Positions 10,783 to 23,935 of a DNA stretch of 35,889 nt are shown in pieces. The stretch lies in NCBI GenBank assembly GCA_003990765.1, contig RBNJ01000234.1, forward strand, positions 1-35,889. The letters run 5' to 3'. The position numbers and the translations under genes are program-made. This DNA comes from Jimgerdemannia flammicorona (lineage: Eukaryota). The notes beneath the pieces are model-generated. The model was not told the DNA's origin. It made no database searches and was given only the letters and a program-made list of their open reading frames with translations. Position 1 is the stretch's first letter, and each line of letters starts with the position of its first letter.

Positions 10783-13700
10783 AGGTTCCCAGGTAGCATC
10801 ATATTCAGAATAATCCATCCACTTGACTAGGTATTCAGGACAGTGGTAGTGAATTTGTTTGTCAAGAATTTTCTCAGCTTCATACTTGATATGATCTTCA
10901 ATAATTACAGAGATAGAAGGCTTAGAAATTCGACCAGGGTAGGGTGGTGACTGGTTTCAGGTCTTGAGGTGTAACATATGAAAGACTGGGTGTACTCTCA
11001 TGGTTTCAGATAGCTTGAGATAGTAGGAGGATGCAGAGACTTGTTCAGTGATCTTGAAAGATCCAATATACTTGGGTTGGAATTTGTTTGAAGGGTGGTT
11101 GACTTGAGATTGTATCTTGAGGTTCTTGGTAGACAGTAGAACTTGATCTCCAACAGTGTAAGTGACATCATGGCATTTCTTGTCAGCATATTTGGCTTGA
11201 TGCTGTTGAGCCTTCTGAAGGTTCATGGTAGCAATCTTGAGTAGTTCATCCATTTTATCTGTAAGATTCTTGGCCATTGGGACTTGTATTTGACTGGTTT
11301 TCTTGAAAGAGAATAGACTTGCAGGGGTCTTGGGATCTTGACTGTAGAGTAACCAGAAAGGGGAAAGACCAGTAGATGATTAGACAGTATTGTTATATAC
11401 AAACTCTGCATAAGTCAGATAGATGTCCCAATCATCTTGCTCATAAGAACATAGTTTCTAAGCATTTTTTCTAGAGTTCTGTTCATGTACTTGGTTTGTC
11501 CATCAGTTTGTGGGTGAAAGGCAGTAGATATAGCCAATTGAGTTCCCAGAGTCTTGAAGAGAGTTTGCCAGAAGTGGCTGGTGAACTTGGGGTCACAATC
11601 ACTAACAATTACTCATAGTAGACTATAGTGACAGAATATAGACTTGAAGAAGATTCTTGCAATCTTGGGCACAGTAGCATTGGTAGTGGTTGGTTCAGTA
11701 ACCATAGTCTTGGTCAGGCAGTCAATGAATATGATGATAGCATCAGCACCAGATTGAGTTCATGGTAGTTGAGTTACAAAGTCCATGGTGACTTGCTCAA
11801 ACTTCTTAGTAGGAATTGGCAGTGGTTGTAGCAAACTGGTGGGTGCTTGGTTGGTAGACTTATTGCACTGATATAGATCACAGCTGGCAACATAGTTCTT
11901 GATTTCCTTGACAATGTTTGGCTAATAGTAGTGGCATTGAATGTTCTTGATGGTCTTCTCAATTCCCAGGTGACCAGCAAGAGGGGAGTCATAGTGTTCT
12001 TGCAAAATCTTTTAGTGTAAGTTCATGTTTTCAAGTAGGTAGACTTGGTCTTGATGATATATCAGATTGTTCTTGACAGTATATGTATCCTTGAGTTCAT
12101 TTGAGAAAACTCTAGTGGCAACTGTGTCTTCTTTGTAAGCTTACTTGATTTGGTCTAGGAATTCTGATGCCAAGGTGACTTGCATGATTGTGGTGAGGCC
12201 TGAGTACCTTAATAAGGCATCTGGTACTACAAGTGTCTTGCTGGGCTTGTAGATGATCATCAGATTATAGATTTGAAGCTTGAGGCTCCACTTGGCTTGT
12301 AGATGTGACAGAGTAGGTTAGGTGTTGATATACTTGAGAGATTGATGATCAGTAATAACATCAAACTCAATACCTTCTAGATAGCATTGCCAGTGGTCTA
12401 GTGCATGTATTATTGCTAGTAGTTCCTTCTCATAAGTAGCTAGCTTTTATTCAGCTGGGGCCAGCTTGCAGAACTTGAAAGCAATAGAGCAATGTCCTTT
12501 GCCATCATCTTGTAACAGGACTGCTCTAATGGCAAATTTGATATATCAGTGGTGACTATAAATTTTAGGCCTTGATCTGCATTACACAGGACTGGAGCAT
12601 GGATCAGGCAGTTCTTGAGTTCTTGAAAGGCTTGTTGACAGAAGAGATCCCAGATGTAGGGTACATAGTGGTCTGAGTGTAGGGCCTTCCTCATGAGGTT
12701 AGTCAGTGGCTTAGCAATGCCAGAGAAGTTTCTGATAAAGTGGCAGTAATAGCCAGCTAGACCAAGGAAGGATCAGAGTTCTGTGAGGTTCGACAGAATA
12801 GGCCATTCTTCAATTACTTCTATCTTGTGTGGGTCTACTTGAATTCTTTGTACAGAGATAATGTGGCCAAAGTATTCAACTTGTTTCTTGAAGAATTTAT
12901 ACTTCTTGAGCTTGGCATAAAGCTTGTGTTTTTGCAGGATCTCCAGGACTATTCAAATATGTTTGAGATATTCTTCTTTAGTTGTACTAAAGATCAGAAT
13001 ATCATCAAGATATACCAACAGGAAAATAAATAGTTGGTCCTTGAATATCTCATTCATCAGAGTCTGAAATGTGGCAGATGCATTGGTGAGACCAAATGCT
13101 AAGACCAGGAATTCATAGAGTCCAAAGGGGGTCATGAATGCAGTCTTGGGAATGTCTTCTGGCTTTATTCAAATCTAGTGGTATCCTGATATGAGATCTA
13201 ACTTGGTGAAGTACTTGGCATTCTTGAGAGCATCAAAGATTTGATCAATCAAGAGTAATGGATAGTAGTTCTTGACAGTGAGTTTGTTGAGTGCATGATA
13301 GTCTATGCACATTTACAGGGTATCATCCTTCTTGACGAATAAGACTGGTGAGCCATAAGGAGATTTACTTGGCTGAATGGCTCCTCATGCAAGTAGTTTC
13401 TCTAATTCCTTCTTAATTGCTTCAATTTTGAGTGGTGACATGTGGTACATATATTTCTTGAGTGGTACAGCTTCTGGGGTCAGTTCAATTTCATGATCAA
13501 CTTCTCATGTAGATGGTAGACCAGGTAGCTTGTCTGGAAAGACATCCTTGAATTCCTCTAGCAATAACTTGATACTTTTATTGACTGATAGTCTCTTATC
13601 TTGTTTCTTGGAGTAGATTATTACAATAAAGATATGCATTGCCTTTTTGAGTGCTTTTTTATACTATATAGCTGACAGTGTTGCAATCTGGGTCTTGCTC

Positions 13701-15503
13701 GTGGTCTTGTCTGTCTTGATCATAATGTTGGCTCTATCTTAAAGTAGGGTGACTTCATTCTTGCACCAATCAATGTCTGGGTTATGTTTCATAAGCCAGG
13801 GTTTTTCTAAGATCAGATCATGATCTCCTAGTGGTGCAACCTCAAAGTCTACTCATTCCCAATATTTCTGGATCTTGATGGGCAGTTTGGCAGCAATTGA
13901 CTCAATGGAGTGCAGAGTACCATCTGTAGTGACTATACTATTGTTCTTGGGTACAGGCTTAGTGAGGATCTTAAGGTTTTTGATGAGATTATGATTGATG
14001 AAGTTCTCTGCAGCTCCACTGTCTATGAGTACTTGAATGTCTTTTCCTTTGACTAGGCCTTTAAAAATGAGTATAGCTTGAGCTCAATTTTCACTAAGAC
14101 TTGCTGCTTAATCAGTATTGCCAAAACTCTTTTGATCTTATTTAGTTTCAGGGAGTTTTTGGACTTCTGTAATCTTGAGTTGACTGGCTTTTTCTAGGAT
14201 CATTTGCATGACTCAGTCTCCTTCTTTAACTGTATAGTCTTGATCCTTCTGGTTGACAAGTATGTAAGACTTGAACTTGTCCTCAAAAGTCTGGGTCAAT
14301 GATACTAGCGCCTACATCTAAATGATGTTTGACACTGAGTCCTGATTGCAGTACAATTCTAGCATAATGTCCTTCAGAACATTGAACTGCAATTCCAGTA
14401 GGCACCAGAGTGCAGCCCTTGGCTGGAATAGTGACTTGTTTGACTGAGTGTAGGTCAAGACCAATGACTCCTTCTGTTTGATATTGAGAGACCTGGGTCT
14501 TCAAATGAAGCTTCTTGATCTTGAGCTCAAGTTGACTGGTAGTAGGATTAACAGATGTATCCTTGGACAACATGGTGACTGGTCTTGAGAGTTTGCTAGT
14601 CTTCCTAGGACATTTGATTGCAATGTGTTCTGTTTTGTAACAGAAGAAACAAGCTCCAGATTTCTTCAGGTGGTCCTTTTCTTCAGGGGTGAGCTTGGTG
14701 TTCTTTTTGTTCATGGTGTCTAAGTCCATTGGTACTGGACTAACTGTCCTTGGTTGGTTTCTGTAGTGGTTCTTGAAGTGGTTCTTTTTGTGGCATTCTG
14801 GTTCAAAGCAGTTACCAAAGGTGATGATATCAAATCTATCAGCAATTCTCATGGCTTCATCAAGAGTTTTGGTCTCTTCTAGCTCAACCTTAACTCATGT
14901 GTTTCCCTTCAGACCTCAGACATAGCAGTCTATCTTTTCATCCTTGGATACTGCTAGTAGCTTAAGTAGGATTGATAAGAATTGTATATTATAGCTTTGC
15001 ACAGACTTGAGTTACTTGACATTTGCTAGCTTGTCCTTGGCTAGCTTGGTGGCATTAGCAGACTTGAACTGCTTGTAAAGGGCTCTTTTGAAGGCTTCCC
15101 AATCTCTGATTCATGCATATGAGTATACAGATATAACCATGATATAATTATGCCACCAGATGGCTGCATTTTCTTGGAGAAGTGTGGCAGCAAATTGGAC
15201 TTGCATGTCATCTTCCATTCTTGTAAGCTCAAAGTATTGATCCAATTGGAAGATCCATACATCTGTAGATAGTCCTCCTCAATAGCTATTGAAGGTATCT
15301 GGCTTAAGTAGCTTGAAACTGACTGGTGCTACAGCAGGATGTAATATACCTATAGTTTGTATTTTCTGCTGTTCTAGTTGTACTTGAAGTTCTTGAATTT
15401 GGTGGGCCATAGCATTGATCATATCTTCTATGTTGAGCTGTGATCCTCCTGCTTCTTCTGTAGCAGAGGGGTCTGGCTGGTAAACTGACTCTTCACAGCT
15501 CAT
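10783..15503 (-). pseudogene. Family B gag-dUTPase-PR-RT-RH-IN-chromodomain polyprotein (many stops; 3' end approximate)
   Basis: CFFCYKTEHIAIKC knuckle; dUTPase at ~14112-14530; VLIDSGAAENFI at ~14000-14033; YLDD at 13001-13012; PKYIGSFKI; chromodomain YEAEKILDK...EYLVKWMDYSEYDATWEP at 10783-10884. Confidence 0.9.
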
Positions 15504-15581
15504 TTCAGGTTCATGTGACTAGTTGTGACTGGTTTCCGAATTCATGTGAGGTTTCTTAATAAGGCAAGGTATAATGACACT

Positions 15582-15591
15582 GCTGCTACCA
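15582..15591 (-). promoter_or_regulatory. PBS of family B (TGGTAGCAGC), probably initiator tRNA-Met
   Basis: Located 2 nt inside the 5' LTR; TGGTAGC is complementary to the 3' end of known initiator tRNA-Met. Confidence 0.6.
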
Positions 15592-15593
15592 AG

Positions 15594-16057
15594 TGTAACA
15601 GTTCTAGTTTCTTTAAGAGGAAGTGGCTAAATCTGGAAGTTCTAGTTGGCCTAAAGTAGCTCAAAGAAATACTTAAAAATTCAAGTGTTCTTGAAGAATT
15701 TCTGGGAGAAAATATTCTGAGCTTTATTCAGGCAGAGAACAAGGATATTTATATATGATCTGAAAGAAAGATCCAGAAGGATCTTGGAAAGAAAGAGAAA
15801 TGCCAAGAAATAGGTTCTTGGCAAAGCTGACTAATACTATTCTATAATGTTCCAAAGGTTCCATGACTAGCTGAGACAAGATACTTGGTGCCAAGGAAAG
15901 ACAAGAATGTTCTAGTGGTGTCTGGGCACTGAGAGAAGGTTTCTAAGCAAGTAGAAAGTACCGGAACATAGTAGAATATTCAAGAAATGACAAGAAAAGA
16001 CTGACTAAAAGACATAAAAAATGTACTAAGACTAAATATGACTGTAAAATTGTTACA
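15594..16057 (-). repeat. Family B 5' LTR (464 bp)
   Basis: TGTAACA...TGTTACA inverted ends. Confidence 0.95.
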
Positions 16058-19000
16058 ACTTGTGACTTGATGATGTAATCTTCAGCCTTCTTTCTGATTT
16101 GGTGTAGTCTCCAGATTTCTGCATCAACCCATCTCCAAGTTAGATCTAGATTTGTAGCTGAGGTTCCATCAGAATCTTCTTCTCTAAAGAGCAGTTCTCT
16201 TGGGGTAAAGTGTGTGCTCTGTGACTATATGTCTTGTAGGACAGAGAGAGCAGTTGGGAGGTAGTTATCCCAATTCTCATATGTCTCTGAGATCTTTGCC
16301 AGGATGTTCTTGAGGGTCTTATTGGTTCTCTCTGTCTGTCCATTTTCTTAAGAGTAGTATGCGGTGGTCTTGATATACTGAATCTTGTATTTCTGATATA
16401 TTATCTCATGGAATCCATTGACAAATTCTGTACTGTGGTCTGTTGTGATTTGCTTTGGTGTCTTATAGTAGCAGATGATTTCTCAGTGCAGGAAGTTGGT
16501 TATAGAGAGGGCATTGGTTTCTTGTAATACTCCTGCTTCTATCTATTTGGTAAAGAGGTCTACAATAACTATAATATAGTGGTTTCCTGATAGTGTTATG
16601 GGTAGTGGCCCAATGATATCCATTACAATGTAGTGGAAGGGGATAGACTCAATTCTTGATGACCTGGGTACCTGGTCTTGCTGATCTTGTTTCTGTTTTT
16701 GGTACTTGTCACACCCTTTGATAAATTGGTACAGGTCTTCTTCCATCTTGGGCCACTACATAGTTCTTCTTGTCTTATCATATATGTTAGTTCCTTCTAG
16801 GTGTCCTTGTTCATATACTTCCTTCATTACTTGATACTTCTTATGTTTGGGTATTACAAGCTTTCCTCCTTTTCTGAGTATAGTGTTGTCTAGTTTAAAC
16901 TGTTTCCAAGTCCAGTTGATGATGGTAATTGTCCAGGGTTTGAGGTGGTTGGACATCTTCCACTGCTCAAGATAGCTGATTAATCCATAGTATAACTCCT
17001 TATTCATATTGAATAGTCTTGATGGGGGTGTTTCAGAGTGTCCTTGAGAGTATATCAGCATTGGTGTTGGTTCTCTCTGAGTGGTGCTTGATAGTACAGT
17101 CATACTCTTGTAGCCTGTAGATCTATCTGGCATATATTCCTTTAGGGTTCAGAGTGTGGAACAGTCAGGCAAGAGTGGAATGGTCTGTTTGAATAGTGAA
17201 GTATTTCTCAGCTAGGTAGTAGTGGAACTTATCTACTGCCCAAACTACTGTCAAGCATTCGAGCATATATGTCTCATAGTTCTGTTCTGCTCCACAGGTA
17301 TCTTGACTTACATAGAAGATGACATATTTATGTCCATCTTTCTTCTGAGCTAAGACTGCTCCAAGTCCTATAGTACTTGCATCTGTCTGCAGGATGAATT
17401 CTAGGTTTCAATCTGGTCTTCTGAGGATAGGTGCTTGGGTCAACCTGGTCTTGAGTTTATTGAAGATTTCTTGGTATTTCTTGGTCCATTTGAATTTGGT
17501 CTCCTTCTTCAGTAGCTTGTAGATAGGTACTGTAATGTTGAAGTATCCTTTGATGAATCTTCTGTAGTAGCTGGCCAGTCCAAGGAAGGTATAGACTTCT
17601 GTAGTTGTTCTGGGTCTTGGGTAGGCTGCAATAGCCTCAATCTTTATGAGATCTGTATAGATTCCCATCTGGTTGATGAGGTGTCCTAGGTAGGTGATTT
17701 CCTGAGCCACAAACTTGCATTTCTTGGGCTTAATGTAGAGGTCATACTCCTTGAGCTTCTTAAGACTAGCTGTATATAGTTGATATATTCCCACATAGTA
17801 TTGCTGAAGATGATCACATCATCAATATAGACAAAGAGTCATTTTCCAATCTTGTTGCTGAAGACTCTGTTTATCATTTACTGAAAACTTGCTGGGGTAT
17901 TGCACATTCCAAATGGTATTCACAGGTAGATATAGGTGGCATCAGGTGTGATAAAGGCTGATTTCTCACTAGCATCTTGAATGAGACCAATCTGATGGAA
18001 GCCTGAGAACAGATCTAAGGTGGTGTAGTATTTGGCTTCACTTCCAAAAGTAGTAAGGATTTCTTAAATATTTGGCAAGGGCTGCCTATCTTTCTTGATG
18101 ATTGCATTGAGCTTCCTGTAGTTAATGCAGAGTCTTGGTACAAACTCTTCAGACTTGCTTCCATTCTTTGGGGTAAGGACAATGAGTGAAGCCCAGAGAC
18201 TGATAGCTTGCTGGCTTCTTCCATTTCCTTGAGTTCTGCTTGCAGTCATTCTCTGTAGACAGGTGGTATGGGTCTGGCTTTCTGATAGATGGGCTTGGTA
18301 TCATCAGTGTCAACTTTATGATAGTACTTGGGTTCTTGATTGTGGATATTCCTGAAGTCTGTAGCAAGTACTTCTTTATTCTGGTGCAGGATCTTGAGAA
18401 GTTGTTCTTCCAGGGGAAAGTTTTCTCCAATGGTATATGTGTGCTTGTTCTGGTCCTTGTCTTTCTTGTGCTCAAGTTTGGTAATCTTGGTGGTAGCATA
18501 GACTCTTTTTCCAGTAGATCCAAAGCCTTGTTCTCCTCTCTTGGTCTTGATGAGTTTGCTGGCTTCAGTGATCTTGGGCTTCTTGATTTTGTGGATCTGC
18601 ATCTGGCCAATCCTGTCATGCTTCTTGACTTTGAATAAAGTGGTGGGGTTGTGATTCCTGACTATAAGGAAGATCTCACCAGTGTAATCAGGGTCAATTA
18701 CTCCTCCTTCAACTGAGATTTTGCTTTTGGCCAGACTGCTTCTGGTCTTGATAATTCCAGCATGGTTCTCTGGCAGCTTGACTCTAATTCTGATACTAAG
18801 TAGGGTGGTGGTCTGTAGTTTGAGGGTAGCATCTTGAATACTGATAAGGTCTATTTCTATAGCTCCTTCAGTCTTGTATTCTGGGATCTTAGCTTCAGGG
18901 TGAAACTTCTTAACTTTGAGGGTGATGTCTGGTTCTTGTTTCTCCTCATCATTACTGTCAGCTTGCAGCTCTGAGGGCTGGTCATCTTCTTCAGCTTTTC

Positions 19001-20309
19001 TTTTTGCTTCAGCAGCTTCTTGCTCATGCTTCTGTTGGTAGATTTTCCTGACTTCACTGATACAGGACCAGCAGTTATTCAGGTGTTCAGAACAGTACAT
19101 TCTAGTACTATGGGGGCATCTTCCTTGAGGGGCATAGCCATCAATGATCTTGTTGTACCACTGCTCATCTGTGAGCTTGGGTGTCTTGTTCTTGTTCTTG
19201 TTTACTGAGTGCATGAAGACTTCTGTGTCCTCTTCATCTTCTTCCTCTATGTTTAGTAGAACATTTATAGAGACTCATACCTTTCTTCCTCTATAGTTGA
19301 TCTGTATCTTCTGGGCATTGAGGTCAATGATGGCCTTGGCCTTGTGAAGCCATTGGTTGCCAATGAGGATGTCATAGTTAGTGGTACTTATAATAATCAC
19401 ATCTACTGGGATGATAGCTTCTCCTATCTTGATGGAGACTTCTCAGATTTTGCCAAGGGGGGTAGCTTGTATACCATCTGCTGTGATATAGACCATCTTG
19501 GTAGACTCTTCAATGTCCCAGTCTAGGCAGTCAATTGCCTTCTTGCTCATGAGGCATTCTCTAGCACTGGTATCAATGATGGTATCAAAGATACAATCTT
19601 TGATCTAATATGGGGTGTAGGCTGATATCTTGTACTGGTCTTCAGATTCTTCACCTGAGTCTTCTTGATCATCTTCTTGTACATTGTGAGCTTCTACAAT
19701 ATTGTACTCTTGATTCTTGGCAGTAGTTGTAAGTCTTACTCTTAACTGCTGTCTGAAGGCAGGGACTTTGGCTAGCTGTCCAAAAGTAGCATTGACTTTC
19801 TGTTCCTTGAGGTTCTTATAGATATCATACTGGTGGATCTTGGTCTTGCACAGCTTCTGTTCCTTCTTACTTTCACTTTCTCCTGAGACTGGAGTAGTGC
19901 CTTCAATGATTTAGTAGGCAGCTTCATCTAACTCCATGTCTTGATCAATCTCCTTGGGTTGAGTCTTGCTTTAGATAGTGATAGCTGGGGTCTTCTTTAG
20001 TCTTCCAACTGGCTTGCTGTTGCTCTTCTTGTCATAGAGCTTGGACTGAGTTCTGGTATCTTCAGTAGTAGAGTAGAATTCGAGCTCCTTGTAGTATTCT
20101 TCATCATCAGTATCACCAATCTCCTCGATGACTACTACATTGGTTTGTTCTCTGGTTCTGCTAGCATTGCTTGGTTGGGCTTTGCATCTTATTTCAGTTA
20201 TACAACTCTTTGCATAGTGGCCTTCTTCTCTACATCTGAATAATGTGATATTGCATTCTTCTATAGCAGCTGCAAATCTCTGTACTGGTCTCCTGTTGGC
20301 ACTTCAGAC

Positions 20310-20361
<52 letters not shown>

Positions 20362-22237
20362 GAACTCATGTCCTACAGATTTTTATTGGAAGAGAACCTA
20401 GACTATATAGGCCAAAACCCTCCCCCACCACCCACCAAGTACTGCCACCCCATTAACCTAGGCTAACTATTGTCCAGCAGCTCGACTATGCCAGGCGCAG
20501 TAGGGCCGATGTAGGCCTGCACCTCATTCTGCGCACCATGCTCTCCCTACCACCAGGGGAAACCCAACCATATGCCAATGACTGAAAGCGCATGCCTGAG
20601 AACCCAATGTATGTACAAGGCCATGCCTGAGCTAAATAGAATAGCCCCTGTCACTCCAAAGAGAATGACAGACAAAGAGAAAACCCTCATCAAAGTACAA
20701 CACAGTGGGTAGGGCCTGGTTCTCCCAGTTGAGGTGAGTAAAGGACTTACACGTGAGGCGGGAGGAAACCCCCAATACCCCACTACTCAAGCCTGTGGGC
20801 CTCGATTACGTTGCCATGTCAGCTCCTGGTTCCAGTTGAATGCAGCCAAGACACCTGAAATGGGTAGCCTCAGGCCTCCCGACCCCCCCTGACGACTGGG
20901 GCCCAACCCCACTGACCGCCAAAAGAAGCCAATAGTGACACCTACTACCTAACTGTGCCACACCAATCAAAAGACCCCACCGAAGTAGTACCTGCCCCAG
21001 CCCCGATGACAACCCCCAGCCTGGCACCCTACTGGTCCACCGTAATCACCCTTCCTCCTAACTGTGATGGCCATCTCCCCTCCCATCCCGACAACACCTG
21101 AAAAACAGTCACCTATGCCAGAACCAAGCTCACCGGGAAGCTCGCCAAAGCCAGAGGGCTCCACCACAGATACTGAGGACCTGCAGGTAACCTACACTGA
21201 GCACTTGACGCCCAAGGTCAGCTGACTCCCTACATAGCCCAAGACACACCGAGACAACTCCTTGTTGGTGATGGCAAAAGGAAGAAGGCACCGCACCAAA
21301 ACGGGTACACCCCAGATGCAGCCGGAGGCACCAGAATCTGCAAAAAAGTAGAGGAAGCACTGATCTGACACCAATAAAGGGGCAACTTATCACTATTGCC
21401 CTCCTCCCACCATGCCCCTGCAGGTACAGCAAACCAACCCAAGGTAGAGGGGGTAATAATAGGGGAAAGAGGACTCAGAAGATTGCCTACCAAACCTTGT
21501 GACCGGTAAGGTAGTGGAGAAAGGGACATCCCCACCACACTTCAGACTTCTCTAACAACATCACCAAGGTATGCAGTTATCTCAGCAAACTGCTTGGCAA
21601 GTTCCTCCACTGGGTCAACTTTAATTGCCTTGGGAGTAGGTGGGGATAGTTGTCTATTTACAACTGTAGTAGGTATGATACTTGTTGGCTTTGATGGCTC
21701 TATCTTGATGCTAGTTATTTTCTCCATTGAGTATTTGGCAGGGTATCTGGTAGTCTAATATCTCTGTGTAAAGACCACTTTCTGATCAAGGATCAGTGCA
21801 GCTAGGATAGACTGGATTGCTAGGGCAATTTCAGGGTGAACTTCTTTAAGAAAAGTTGAATCTGCTATTTGTTCCTTGAGGATATCATCATAGCTAGCCA
21901 AGACAATCTGGTGGCAGATTTGGGTATAGAATGAGTTGGGATCTTTACTGAGTCCCTGGCAGATAGTATTGAGTTGATCCTTGAGAGCTTGCTTAATCTC
22001 TTCAGTATAGTATGTTGTTCTGAGAAAGGCCTTCATGTTGGTAAGTTTGGCTGTACCAGTATAAGCAATAGTGGCTGCATTGAACTTATCTCTGGCAGAT
22101 CCTCTGAGGCTGACTAGTAGAAGGACCAATTGTGCATCCATATGAAGAGTTCATATGGCAGCAAATTGTTCAAAGTCTTTAATAAAAGTCAGGATTGACT
22201 CTTCAGTAGTATATCTATAGAATGTGGAGGAATGCAT
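16058..22237 (-). pseudogene. Family A gag-pol, copy 2 (interrupted by the non-LTR insertion)
   Basis: gag from 22237; PR; Cys/His motif at 19062-19118; dUTPase at ~18510-18927; RT YIDD at 17818-17829; RNase H TDASTIGLGAVLAQ; integrase DIIGPLP...VDLFTK. Confidence 0.9.
20316..21537 (-). mobile_element. Poly(A)-tailed non-LTR retroposed insertion (5'-truncated LINE 3' end or a passenger RNA)
   Basis: T-run at 20315-20358; minus-strand AATAAA at 20382-20387; 16-bp TSD CACTTCAGACTTCTCT at 20300-20315 and 21538-21553; copy 1 shows the empty site at ~1978-1993. Confidence 0.9.
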
Positions 22238-22363
22238 TTCTATCTTATCTTGAATTCTTGCAGGGGTGACTCTTGTAGTCAGGGTAGTTATTGTAGTAGT
22301 TGTTTTTTTTTCAGCTTGAAAGTGAGGGATTCATCTTGAATCACCAGCCAATGGACACTAAGT

Positions 22364-23935
22364 TGTCATGTAGCAGTCACTGAGTCCTTCAAATATATCA
22401 GATTCTCTTCAAGGTATATCTCTTAGACTAACTCAAGTTTGTTATAAGCAAGTTCTTATTAGAGTGCCTTCCTAAGGTCTTATAGTACTCAAACTTCTTA
22501 TCTTTAAACTGTCTTGTTATTTCTTGAATTGCTCACAAGAAATTATATATAAGTGAACTTGACTGACTTTATTTCAGAGGAAATAAAAAGGGTATTTATA
22601 TAAAATATAATTCAATGGTTGCTAAGATATAAAGCTAAATATAAATTCCAATAATCAATAAAATACTGGAATACAGAAAACTGCCAAGTTCCAGAGTTGG
22701 CACAGATGGTTGCACAGGTTCAGGATGCTGGTATAATTTCAGTGATACAGGAAAATGGTGCCGGAATAATTCTGAGTCACAAGGTCAGAATACCAGTGGA
22801 GGAACAGCTGTTATACAGGAAAAGGATACTGGTACATATAATTCAGTATAACTAAGGGACTTATAGCAGAATATTCAGGACCATGGGGGCTTCATTCTCA
22901 TCATTACTGTCCTCAAAGGAGATGAGGTCTACAAACATTTCAGTCTCATCACATAGGTTGTGCATTTTGCATACTTTGTGTATATTGTGCAGGATGACAT
23001 TATCACCAATAATGTCATCATATTCAGTGGTAGGGAAATTGAGGGCTCTCTAATCTATGAGATTCTCTTCCACAAAATAAGGAACAAATATGGGATCTTG
23101 AAGAGATTTAATCTGAATGCTTGGGCCTTAGAATACTGAGATCAATCCTTACAGGAATTGATCTGAATTGTTCTGGAGGATGGGATGTCAGAAGTCTTCT
23201 ACTTCATCACTATTGAGAGTGATAGTAGACTGGGCTTCTATAGCCACTCTGGCTTCTAGTGCATTGATATGGTAGGCTGACAGATCTCTGAAATCTGAGA
23301 CTCTAATATACTCTAAGTTGGGGATCAACCATGGTGCATGTCTGAAGATCTGATGAATCTTCTTAGCTGTTCTTACTTCTTATATATCTATAAGAGTAGT
23401 ATTTTGTAACTCTTGAGGGCTGGTCTATGAGAACTCCTGGCAGAGAAGATATCCTATTTCATACTCCTACTATATTTGGAGGCATTCAGTAGCAATAGTG
23501 ATCCTTGTTTCCATTTTATAGTAGTAGAGGATAAAGTAATAAGAATTCATAGTACTCAGGTTGAGACTAGGAGTCCTTCTTGTATAGGTCCTCATGGCTC
23601 TTCTGATGTCTTGGAATATCCTTTCTTCAACTGAAGTGCCTTGGTAGTTTCTTGACCTTGAGGTTTGGCAAGCAGCAGGCATTTCATTTGTAATAAGTCT
23701 TTGAGCTATTTTGGGATTGGTGGGTCTTATTGAGTTGCTACTACTGCAGTTACTTGATCCTTCTTTTATATTTCTCAAGATATCTATACTGTAGTCACAA
23801 TAACTCACAGTTTGTTATCATTATTCATCTCATAGCCTGAGTCATGCCATATGATCTTCTTGTGTTCTAATCTGGTGGCTTGCAAGGAAAGGCTGTCTCT
23901 TGTACTGATGTCATCATTCTGAGATCACTATTACA
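22364..23935 (-). repeat. Family A 5' LTR of copy 2 (1572 bp)
   Basis: TG...CA ends with an adjacent decayed PBS. Confidence 0.95.
22861..23682 (-). pseudogene. LTR-internal ORF copy (273 aa, with stops)
   Basis: MPAACQTSRSRNYQ...APMVLNILL-TAA; 822 nt, same length as the copy at 8268-9089. Confidence 0.72.

Larger units (their letters stand above)
9958..16057 (-). mobile_element. Ty3/Gypsy chromovirus family B, full length, nested in the integrase of A
   Basis: LTRs at 9958-10422 and 15594-16057; exact 5-bp TSD ACTTG (9953-9957, 16058-16062); PPT at 10423-10434; PBS at 15582-15591. Confidence 0.96.
7707..23935 (-). mobile_element. Ty3/Gypsy family A, copy 2, full length, with two nested insertions
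   Basis: LTRs at 7707-9342 and 22364-23935, PPT at 9343-9352, domain order gag-ZnK-PR-dUTPase-RT-RH-IN, flanks ATAT/GTAT inside a split TA microsatellite. Confidence 0.95.

Noticed and set aside
23683..23808. N-terminal extension of the LTR ORF
   Set aside because: A 1-nt indel between LTR copies upstream of the MP start breaks the frame.
7707..23935. Dating the insertions from LTR-LTR divergence
   Set aside because: Directed transition hypermutation invalidates a neutral clock.
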